Shown: positions 46,412 to 53,802 of the stretch, piece after piece
Layout of the letters: each line of letters begins with the position of its first letter
Numbering within the stretch: position 1 is the stretch's first letter
DNA from: Vulcanimicrobiota bacterium
GTDB lineage: Bacteria; Vulcanimicrobiota; Vulcanimicrobiia; Vulcanimicrobiales; Vulcanimicrobiaceae
Assembly: GCA_963704715.1 (NCBI GenBank)
Contig: OY969933.1
Location: forward strand, 135,091-199,090
Direction: 5' to 3'
Length of the DNA stretch: 64,000 nucleotides
Translations under genes and position numbers: made by a program
Notes under the pieces: model-generated
What the model saw: the letters and a program-made list of their open reading frames with translations, nothing else
What the model was told of the DNA's origin: nothing
Databases searched by the model: none

Positions 46412-46487
46412 TAACATACGAGGGCCCATCCGGGCCCTCGTACGTTATGGGAGACGTCTTGGATCGAACTCTCGGAACGCTCATCAC
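46411..46487. repeat. long hairpin plus inverted partial copy of the tRNA-Ser(CGA) 3' half
   Basis: A 17-bp stem joins 46411-46427 and 46432-46448 (1 mismatch). 46464-46487 is the exact reverse complement of tRNA positions 46370-46393. Confidence 0.7.
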
Positions 46488-46506
46488 CGAAGGCGCCGAG
46501 CCCAGC

Positions 46507-46713
46507 GTCCTTCGACTACGCATCGCTTTGCGATGCTTCGCTCAGGATGACACGATGCCGGTGCGCGCGCGTTAGCGCGCTCCACCGTCCCGAGAGTTCG
46601 TCCTTCGACTACGCATCGCGTCGCGATGCTCCGCTCAGGATGACAGACACAGTGATGCTCCGCTCAGGATGACACCAAAAACGATGGCTTCGCGCTTCGC
46701 TCAGGATGACACC
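46507..46713. repeat. four copies of a GCT(T/C)CGCTCAGGATGACA-core repeat (two long about 47-bp units, two short)
   Basis: The long units at 46507-46553 and 46600-46646 are near-identical, and each contains the hairpin GCATCG-n5-CGATGC. The short copies lie at 46654-46675 and 46687-46713. Confidence 0.75.
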
Positions 46714-46730
46714 AAAGCGTCGTGCCGCGA

Positions 46731-47468
46731 CTATGGGGAAGATGACGGACGCGGCGTGCCGGCGAGGCGAGGGTCGGGCGCTTCGGAGGGAAACGCGATG
46801 TCGCTGAACGTGACGTCGGCGACGACTTTGAAGGTGAGAAAGACGGCATGTTCCGTCGCGCTGAACGTGCCGTGTGTGATGACCCAGTGGCCGTCGATGA
46901 CGTGGTAGTCGAGCGATATGGTTTCGTCGTCTCCGCCGGCGACGCGTATCTCGATGTGCGACGGCAGATGGGTTTGCGGGTCTTCGACGACTTCGCTTGG
47001 GTAGAAGCCGGTGACGCGCCGGGTGGGATCGATGAGCAAGTGGATTGCGGCTTCGGTGGAGTCGGCAGCGTAGCGCGAGTTCCAATAGCTGTTGTACGGC
47101 ACGACGACGTTCACGCTCGGATCGGGCGGCGGCGTCGCCAGATAGAGCGGTTGTCCGCGCTGAATCGTGATGTCGACGCGTTTGAGATTGGCGAAGTAGC
47201 TGAACTGAAACGCCGACAACGGATCGAAATACGCGATGATCGGAAAAGCCTGCCCGGTACGGCTTCCGCCGTTCGGCAGATCCTGCATGACGGCGAAGTT
47301 GTCGGCGACGCGCACGGCGACGGAACGATTGATGTCCTGCGCGCGCCCCAGTCCGGCAGCCGTCACGTGGGTACGTTCGGTGTACGTCATGTACTGCGGC
47401 GGGTTCGCCTGGTAGTACTGGCTCGTGCGATTGATGAGGATGGCGAAAGCGAGGTCGGCTGGTATCAT
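46731..47468 (-). CDS. hypothetical protein
   Basis: ATG 47468 chosen inside track ORF 46731..47585. 245 aa, beta-rich composition, no motif recognised. Confidence 0.45.
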   Translation of the reverse strand: MIPADLAFAILINRTSQYYQANPPQYMTYTERTHVTAAGLGRAQDINRSVAVRVADNFAVMQDLPNGGSRTGQAFPIIAYFDPLSAFQFSYFANLKRVDITIQRGQPLYLATPPPDPSVNVVVPYNSYWNSRYAADSTEAAIHLLIDPTRRVTGFYPSEVVEDPQTHLPSHIEIRVAGGDDETISLDYHVIDGHWVITHGTFSATEHAVFLTFKVVADVTFSDIAFPSEAPDPRLAGTPRPSSSP

Positions 47469-47526
47469 CGTCGGCGCTCCCTCTTCGCGGGCGGGAACGC
47501 CGGTACCGCCGCCTAACCTTCGCGCG

Positions 47527-48702
47527 ATGGCCGTCGAAGCAACAGACTCCTTGGCCGCGCGCGTGGTCGAGCTGCGGCGCGCCATTCACCGGCGGCCGGA
47601 GTTGGGTTTCGAGGAGCACGAGACCGCCGCACTCATCGAACGGGAATTGGCCGCGCTCGGCATCGAGCATCGCCGCGTCGCGCAGACCGGAGTCGTGGGC
47701 ATCGTGCGCGGCGAACGTCCGGGCCGCGTCGCAGCGCTGCGTGCCGATATGGACGCGTTGCCGATCGGCGAGCGCACCGGGTTGCCGTTCGCTTCGGAAA
47801 TTCCGGGAAGGATGCACGCCTGCGGGCATGACGCCCACGTGGCGATGCTATTGGGAGCGGCGCGCGTGCTTGCGTCACGGCGGGCGACCCTTACGGGCAC
47901 CGTCGTGCTGATTTTTCAACCGGCCGAGGAAGGGCCGGGCGGGGCGCAGCCGATGATCGAGCAAGGCGTGCTCGACGATCCAAAAGTCGATGCGATCGCC
48001 ATGCTTCACGTCGACGTGCGCTTGGAGGCGGGCACGATCGGTATTACGCCGGGTCCGGTGAACGCCGCGGCGGACGAACTCTATATCACCGTGCGCGGCA
48101 AGGGTGGCCACGGTGCATATCCCCACACGGCCGTCGACGCCGTGCCGCCATCGGCGGCGCTGATTTTGGCGCTGCAGAACGTCGCGGCACGCGAAACCGA
48201 CCCGCTGGAGAGCGTCGTCGTGACGATCGGGACGCTTGCGGGCGGATATCGCAACAACGTGATTGCCGACGCCGTCGAAATGTCGGGAACGATCCGTACC
48301 TTCGATGCCGCGTTGCGCGACACGGTGCACGAACGCATCGAACGCGTTGCCGGCGGCGTCGCGCGCGCATACGGCGTCGCCGCGGACGTGCGTATCGTGC
48401 GTGGATATCCGCCGGTCGTCAACGACGCGGCGCTCGCACAAAGTGCGACGCAATACATTGCCGCGCACGCCAGCGTGCGCGTCGTCGCGGCACGGCCCAC
48501 GATGGGCGCTGAAGATTTCGCCTATTTCGCGCAGCGCGTACCAGGCTTGCAAATTCGTTTGGGCGTGCGCGGCGAACGTGCCGGCGCAGTTCATCCCGGC
48601 CATAGCGCGGAGTTTCGCATCGACGAAGACGCATTAACGGTGGGCGTCGAAACGCTCGTCGCATTCGCGACGGGCGCCGGCAACGGCGACATTGGTGCAT
48701 AG
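47527..48702 (+). CDS. M20D family amidohydrolase (N-acyl-L-amino-acid amidohydrolase / hippurate hydrolase type)
   Basis: 'LRRAIHRRPELGFEEHETA', 'MHACGHDAH' and 'GAEDFAYF'. ATG 47527 chosen. Confidence 0.85.
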   Translation: MAVEATDSLAARVVELRRAIHRRPELGFEEHETAALIERELAALGIEHRRVAQTGVVGIVRGERPGRVAALRADMDALPIGERTGLPFASEIPGRMHACGHDAHVAMLLGAARVLASRRATLTGTVVLIFQPAEEGPGGAQPMIEQGVLDDPKVDAIAMLHVDVRLEAGTIGITPGPVNAAADELYITVRGKGGHGAYPHTAVDAVPPSAALILALQNVAARETDPLESVVVTIGTLAGGYRNNVIADAVEMSGTIRTFDAALRDTVHERIERVAGGVARAYGVAADVRIVRGYPPVVNDAALAQSATQYIAAHASVRVVAARPTMGAEDFAYFAQRVPGLQIRLGVRGERAGAVHPGHSAEFRIDEDALTVGVETLVAFATGAGNGDIGA

Positions 48703-48770
48703 GCATCCACAACCGTGTGGATGAATTGCATCGGCAGGTTTCGCGATGGCCGCGGCGAAGGCGCGCGAAC

Positions 48771-49274
48771 ATGGCTGTAGCGAGCGATCCCTATACCATT
48801 TCAGGACGCCGCCCGCTCTACGCGAGTCTCGAAGTCGACAGCAGCGCCGAAGAGGCGTTTGGGTTGCTGTGCGCGGTAGAGAAGTGGCCGGTGTGGCTCT
48901 CCTTTCTGCGCAGCGCGCGACTCGTGCATCCGAAGCAACCAATCGGTGTCGGCAGCGAAGTCGTCGTTCGCTCGTCGGTCGCCGGCGAAGAAGAGCAGCT
49001 GTACGAAGTCGACGCGTTCATGACGAACTATCACCTCTCGCTCGTCGGCGCGTACTCCGTGCGGCGGCGTCTCGACTTTCGCATCGAGCGGCGCACCTCG
49101 TGCTCTCGCGTGCACGTTCGCCTGGCTTACCCCGCGTACCACGGGCGCTTCGGGGCGCTCGTCGACGATTGGCGGCGCGGCCGCAAACTGGCAGCGGCGC
49201 TGGAGGATGCGCTGATCCATTTCAAGGGGCTCGTCGAATTTCGCCGGGACGAGCCGGCCCTCGCCGATCTCTAG
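48771..49274 (+). CDS. SRPBCC (START/polyketide-cyclase-like) domain protein
   Basis: 167 aa. 'SAEEAFGLLCAVEKWPVWLSFLRSARL' is typical of the SRPBCC N-terminus. ATG 48771 chosen. Confidence 0.55.
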   Translation: MAVASDPYTISGRRPLYASLEVDSSAEEAFGLLCAVEKWPVWLSFLRSARLVHPKQPIGVGSEVVVRSSVAGEEEQLYEVDAFMTNYHLSLVGAYSVRRRLDFRIERRTSCSRVHVRLAYPAYHGRFGALVDDWRRGRKLAAALEDALIHFKGLVEFRRDEPALADL

Positions 49275-49301
49275 CCCGCGCGTTCATTGGGCTGGCAGTC
49301 G

Positions 49302-49331
49302 TTGACCTAGAGTGCTAAGTTTGGGTATACT
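49302..49331 (+). promoter_or_regulatory. sigma-70-type promoter TTGACC-N18-TATACT
   Basis: The -35 element is at 49302-49307 and the -10 element at 49326-49331. The downstream ATG is at 49342, so the predicted 5' UTR is about 5 nt or less. Confidence 0.5.
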
Positions 49332-49341
49332 GCCCTAGAAT

Positions 49342-49662
49342 ATGCCGCTCTACGACTACAAATGCGCCCAATGCGGAAAGGTCACCGAAGTCCGTCACGG
49401 CTTCGATGAAGCCTTCGAGTCGCTGTGTCCGGCTTGCGGCGGCGCACTCTCGCGCGTCTTCAATCCGGCGCCAATCGTCTTCAAGGGTTCGGGCTTCTAC
49501 GTCACCGACTCACGTAAGGGGAGCGCCCCTTCGGACGCCAAGACGGCGGACGCGCCGTCCGCCAAACCGCCGGAACCAAAGACCGAATCGAAAACCGAAT
49601 CCAAGCCGGCCCCCGCCGAGAAGAAGGCCGACGCCAAAAAACCCGCAGACTCGGCGGCGTAG
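49342..49662 (+). CDS. FmdB-family zinc-ribbon protein
   Basis: 'MPLYDYKCAQCGKVTE...CPACGG...FKGSGFY', followed by a Lys/Pro/Ala-rich tail. Confidence 0.8.
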   Translation: MPLYDYKCAQCGKVTEVRHGFDEAFESLCPACGGALSRVFNPAPIVFKGSGFYVTDSRKGSAPSDAKTADAPSAKPPEPKTESKTESKPAPAEKKADAKKPADSAA

Positions 49663-49668
49663 CCGGCG

Positions 49669-50001
49669 GTGCTCTGGCTGATTCCGGCCGTCTGTGGCGT
49701 TGTCGCCCTCGGATGCGTCATCGCCGGCATCGTGCCAACGCTGCGCGCGAAGCACGCGGTCGAGGCCCACGCCGAACGCTTGCAAGCGGCGTTGCCGGTA
49801 GCCGTGGTCGACGCCGCGCGTCTGCGCGCCGCTCTCGACCGGCTCGACGCTACGTCGGCCGCGGCCCGATTCGAAACCGCTCGTATCGGCATCGCGGTGC
49901 GCCGGATTGCCCAAGGCGCGAACGACTTACGCCTGCGTGAGGCTGTGCTCGCGCTGCGAGTCGCCGGTGCGGCCTTGCGGGCGCTTCGTTCAATTTTCTA
50001 A
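49669..50001 (+). CDS. hypothetical small membrane protein
   Basis: GTG start. One TM helix 'LIPAVCGVVALGCVIAGIV', then an Ala/Arg-rich helix. The 3' end overlaps the aroA stop by 4 nt. Coding status is uncertain. Confidence 0.35.
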   Translation: MLWLIPAVCGVVALGCVIAGIVPTLRAKHAVEAHAERLQAALPVAVVDAARLRAALDRLDATSAAARFETARIGIAVRRIAQGANDLRLREAVLALRVAGAALRALRSIF

Positions 50002-51311
50002 CCGCGCAATCGCTCGAGCGCGCCGGCGAAGCCGGGGAAACTGACGCCCGCACTCCCCGCGTCGCATATCTCGATCGGCCCGGCGGCCCGCGCCAGAATC
50101 GACGCTGCCATTGCGATGCGATGATCCCCGTCAGTGTCGATCCGCGCGCCCGGTATGGCCACGGGAATGCCCCCGCCGACAGAAAGTTCGTTGCCGCGCA
50201 CGGCGACGGCGATCCCTACGGCGGCGAGAAGACGTTCGATTGCCGCGATGCGGTCGGACTCTTTTGTCCGCAGCGATTCGATGCCGGAAATGCGCGTCGC
50301 GCCCTCTGCGAAGGCCGCGGCAACGGCGATCAGCGGAATTTCGTCGAGCGCCCGCAGCGCGAGGTCGCGGCCAACGTCGACGCCGTGCAGCCGCGCTTGT
50401 TCGACCACGATGTCGGCGACCGGTTCGCCGCAAATTTCCCGCTGGTTGCGCAGCTCGATTCGCGCTCCCATGAGTTCGAGCACGTCGAGCATGCCCGTCC
50501 GCGTCGGGTTCACGCCGACGTCTCGCACGAGCAGCGCGCTGCCGGGTACAATTGCAGCGCCTGCGATAAAGAACGACGCGGCCGACGGATCCCCGGGGAT
50601 ACTCACGCGCCCGGCGCTCAGAGGAGCCGGAGAGAACTCGATGTGGCGGCCATCCCAGCGGACATCGGCTCCCAGGAAGCGCAGCAGGCGTTCGGTGTGA
50701 TCGCGCGAGCCGCGATCTCCGTCGATTGCGATGGGCACGTTCGCGAACGCCGCAGCGAAGAGGAGCGCAGATTTCACCTGGGCCGAGGGCGCGAGCAGGA
50801 TGAAATGGCGGGTTTCAACCGCTGGCCGATCGCGTAAGGCCGCCGGTAAATGCCCGAGCGTGGTCTCGATCCGCGCGCCGAAAGCTCGCAGCTGCGCTGC
50901 GACCGGCTCCATCGGACGCCGGCGCAAGGAGCCATCACCGTCGAAGCGCGCGGCAACGCCCGCGCCGGCGCACGCGCCGAGGAGCATCCGCGCCGTCGAT
51001 CCGGAGTTCGCGCAGTCCACCGCCGCGCTGGTCGACCGCAACGGTGCCGGTTCGACCGTGACGCCGGTTGCCGCGCGCGCGATCCGCACGCCGAGCGCCT
51101 CGAGACCTGCGAGTGTCGCTGCGACGTCGCGTCCCGGATTGAGATTATGAATTTCGACGCGCCGCTCGCAGCGCGCTGCCGCAATGACGGCGCGATGGGA
51201 GATGGATTTGTCGCCGGGTACGCGCACCTCGCCGCGCAACGGGCCGGGAGCAGACGAACCGCCGAGCATCGTGCGAGTTTTACGTCCGACCGGCGCGTCT
51301 TCCCCCGGCAT
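49998..51311 (-). CDS. aroA: 3-phosphoshikimate 1-carboxyvinyltransferase (EPSP synthase)
   Basis: 'VRVPGDKSISHRAVI', 'NSGSTARML' and 'LRTKESDRI'. Confidence 0.9.
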   Translation of the reverse strand: MPGEDAPVGRKTRTMLGGSSAPGPLRGEVRVPGDKSISHRAVIAAARCERRVEIHNLNPGRDVAATLAGLEALGVRIARAATGVTVEPAPLRSTSAAVDCANSGSTARMLLGACAGAGVAARFDGDGSLRRRPMEPVAAQLRAFGARIETTLGHLPAALRDRPAVETRHFILLAPSAQVKSALLFAAAFANVPIAIDGDRGSRDHTERLLRFLGADVRWDGRHIEFSPAPLSAGRVSIPGDPSAASFFIAGAAIVPGSALLVRDVGVNPTRTGMLDVLELMGARIELRNQREICGEPVADIVVEQARLHGVDVGRDLALRALDEIPLIAVAAAFAEGATRISGIESLRTKESDRIAAIERLLAAVGIAVAVRGNELSVGGGIPVAIPGARIDTDGDHRIAMAASILARAAGPIEICDAGSAGVSFPGFAGALERLRG

Positions 51312-51417
51312 GACGGCACGACGCGCCGAGTGAAAAAAGCTCGAAATTCCATAGGAAATCGCGGATTAAAGCGGTAGTCACGACTCAAGTGCTTCGTTCT
51401 CACACGGAAAGGTACGG

Positions 51418-51816
51418 ATGAACAAGGTAGATTTGACGAGGCTGGCAATGGACCGGCTCGATCTTTCCCGCAAAGATGCCGTTGCTCTGGTGGACGGCCT
51501 CTTTGAGGATATTCAAAACGCCGTCGTCAGCGGCGACGCGGTGAAGATCCCGGGATTCGGGCAGTTCAAGGTGCGCGACCGCGCCGCGCGCATGGCGCGC
51601 AATCCCGCGACCGGCGAACAGGTCAAGGTTCCGGCGAAGCGCGTCTTCAAGTTCTTGGCTGCGAAGGCGCTCAAAGAAGCCGTAATGTCGCGACGCGGCG
51701 GCCGTCCGTCGGCACGCAAAGCCAAGAAGAGCCCGGCTCGCGCAAGTAGGCCGGTTGCGAAGAAAGCTGTGGCGCGCAAGGTCGCAAAGAAGACCACGAG
51801 CCGTAAACGGCGCTAG
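51418..51816 (+). CDS. HU family DNA-binding protein with Lys/Ala/Arg-rich C-terminal extension
   Basis: HU core 'IPGFGQFKVRDRAARMARNPATGEQVKVPAKRV', plus an about 40-aa tail 'ARKAKKSPARASRPVAKKAVARKVAKKTTSRKRR'. Confidence 0.85.
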   Translation: MNKVDLTRLAMDRLDLSRKDAVALVDGLFEDIQNAVVSGDAVKIPGFGQFKVRDRAARMARNPATGEQVKVPAKRVFKFLAAKALKEAVMSRRGGRPSARKAKKSPARASRPVAKKAVARKVAKKTTSRKRR

Positions 51817-51918
51817 AGCCGGTGTTGGGAAGCGTCACGCGGTGTGGGGGCGTGACGCTTCCGCGAAAGACCTGACGAGGAGTTTAAGTCGGGCCGCCCG
51901 GGGAAGAAGGAGCGTACG

Positions 51919-52524
51919 ATGATTACGTACGCTCAAACACAACCATATACCCCAAAACAATGGAATCTCTCCGGCATGGAAGGCATCTCGGATAAAACGC
52001 TCGAGGTGCATTTCGGCTTATACGAAGGCTACGTCAAGAACGTCAATCTGCTCAACGAGCGGTTGGCTTCGTTGCGCGCCTCCGATCAAGCCAAAGGCGC
52101 GGATCCGTCGTATGCCGAGTTGGTAAGGCGGCTTGGGTTCGAATACAACGGCATGCGTCTGCACGAGTACTACTTCGACAACATGACCGCGAAACCGAAG
52201 CCCATTGGTTCGGGCAAACTGCACGAAGCGCTCGGAACGGCATTTGGCAGTTTCGACGCGTGGAAGAAAGACTTCGCCGCAGTTGCCGGCATGCGCGGCG
52301 TCGGCTGGGCAATCGCGTATCGCGACCCGGCTACCGCGCGCATCACGAACCACTGGATAGGCGACCACGAGATCGGCCATCCGGCCGGATTCGCGCCGAT
52401 CGTCGTGCTCGACGTCTGGGAGCACGCGTTCATACTCGACTACAAGCCGTCGGATAAGGCGAAGTACGTCGAGGCGTTTCTCGCCAACGTCGATTGGGAG
52501 GCGTGCGAATCGCGCTTGACCTAA
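51919..52524 (+). CDS. Fe/Mn-family superoxide dismutase (divergent subfamily)
   Basis: 'LDVWEHAF' (Asp/His ligands). His is retained in 'LEVHFG' and 'RLHEYYF' at the positions of the other two ligands. AAGGAG lies upstream. Lower GC than the flanks. Confidence 0.75.
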   Translation: MITYAQTQPYTPKQWNLSGMEGISDKTLEVHFGLYEGYVKNVNLLNERLASLRASDQAKGADPSYAELVRRLGFEYNGMRLHEYYFDNMTAKPKPIGSGKLHEALGTAFGSFDAWKKDFAAVAGMRGVGWAIAYRDPATARITNHWIGDHEIGHPAGFAPIVVLDVWEHAFILDYKPSDKAKYVEAFLANVDWEACESRLT

Positions 52525-52541
52525 TGGATTCCCTGACGTAG

Positions 52542-53756
52542 TTACGCCGCTTCCGGCGTGCCGACGTGTTCGGGACGGACCCCGACGCCGACGAGCCACG
52601 CCGGAATGCGCTGCAGCAACGGGATCTTGCTGAAGAGCTTCAACGCAAACGGGACTTTGGGATCGCGGTCGCTCGTGCCGCGCAAGACGCTCGTAATGAC
52701 GCGATTCTGCACGAATACTTGAACGTTCTGGATCACGCGCGTGGGAAAGGTTCGCCGGCGTTCGATCGCCGCGAGCGTTTCTTCGCGCACGGGCCCGCCG
52801 GCGAGTTCGCGATAGACCGTGTTTGCGGTGGCCACGGCATCTTGGATTGCGAGATTGATGCCGACTCCGCCGACCGGCGACATGGCGTGCGCGGCGTCTC
52901 CGATGCAGATCAAGCCGTCGCGATGCCAGCGCTCGAGCATGTCGATCTGCACGGTTAAGAGGCTCACCTTGTCCCACGAATTCAGTTCGCGCGTGCGATC
53001 GGCGAGAAACGGTGCCGCGGTCGCGATGTCGCGTTGAAACGCCGTCAATCCACGGCTGCGAATGTCGTCGAAAGCGCCCTTGCGAATGACGTAGCCGCAT
53101 TGCCAATAGGAATCCCGATCGATCAAAACCAGAAGACTCGCGCGGCCGACGAAACCGAAGGCTTGCCTCGGGTCGGACGTTTCGCGCGAAAGCCGCATCC
53201 AGAGGACGTCGATGGGCGCGCCGCGCGCGATTGAGGTAAGTTGCGCGCACGCGCGAACGGTCGAGTGGCGCCCGTCGGCACCGACGACGAGATCGGCGTC
53301 GATTGACGTGTCTCCCTGCGGCGTGGAGACGAGGACGCCGTCGACGCGATCGCCCGACCACTTCAGCCCGGTCACCTTCGCTTCCATCATCACGTTGAAG
53401 GGCGCGTAGCGCCGGCCGCGCTGCACGAGGAAATCCAGAAAATCCCACTGCGGCATCAGCGCAAGGAATTTGCAGTGCGCCGGAACGTGCGTGAAGTCGC
53501 CCAGCGGCATGACGTTCGGTCCGATTACGGCCGCCAGATGCGTAACCTCCTGATGCGGCCGCTGTAAGAACTCGCCGAGCAACCCCAGTTCGTACATCAG
53601 TTGCAGCGTCGCCGGATGAATCGTATCGCCGCGAAAATCTCGCAAGAAATCCTTGTGCTTCTCGAGGACGACGACCGAAATGCCGGCCCGCGCCAACAGA
53701 AACCCGAGCATCATGCCGGCGGGGCCGCCCCCGGCGATTGCGCAGCTCACCTTCAT
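52542..53756 (-). CDS. FAD-dependent monooxygenase (UbiH/aromatic-ring hydroxylase-like)
   Basis: 'CAIAGGGPAGMMLGFLLARAGISVVVLEKH', 'RGDTIHP' and 'GDAAHAMSPVGGVGINLAIQDA'. Confidence 0.8.
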   Translation of the reverse strand: MKVSCAIAGGGPAGMMLGFLLARAGISVVVLEKHKDFLRDFRGDTIHPATLQLMYELGLLGEFLQRPHQEVTHLAAVIGPNVMPLGDFTHVPAHCKFLALMPQWDFLDFLVQRGRRYAPFNVMMEAKVTGLKWSGDRVDGVLVSTPQGDTSIDADLVVGADGRHSTVRACAQLTSIARGAPIDVLWMRLSRETSDPRQAFGFVGRASLLVLIDRDSYWQCGYVIRKGAFDDIRSRGLTAFQRDIATAAPFLADRTRELNSWDKVSLLTVQIDMLERWHRDGLICIGDAAHAMSPVGGVGINLAIQDAVATANTVYRELAGGPVREETLAAIERRRTFPTRVIQNVQVFVQNRVITSVLRGTSDRDPKVPFALKLFSKIPLLQRIPAWLVGVGVRPEHVGTPEAA

Positions 53757-53802
53757 GCGTCCGGCTTACTGCACGAAGACGGCTGCGCCTCTCGCCCGGC
53801 GA

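Noticed and set aside
46507-46713. CRISPR array
   Set aside because: The repeats have unequal length and irregular spacing, with almost no unique spacer-sized sequence between the last three copies. There are no cas genes in the window.
43396-46730. An integrated prophage or genomic island at the tRNA cluster
   Set aside because: I found no integrase, recombinase, phage or conjugation genes. The only direct tRNA-fragment repeat is 11 nt. At most, small old insertions are suggested.
46609-47838. The 409-aa minus-strand ORF spanning the repeat cluster and the M20 gene start
   Set aside because: It is an Arg-rich shadow frame overlapping better-supported genes. Its 3' part simply reads through the intergenic repeats (VILSEA-type strings).
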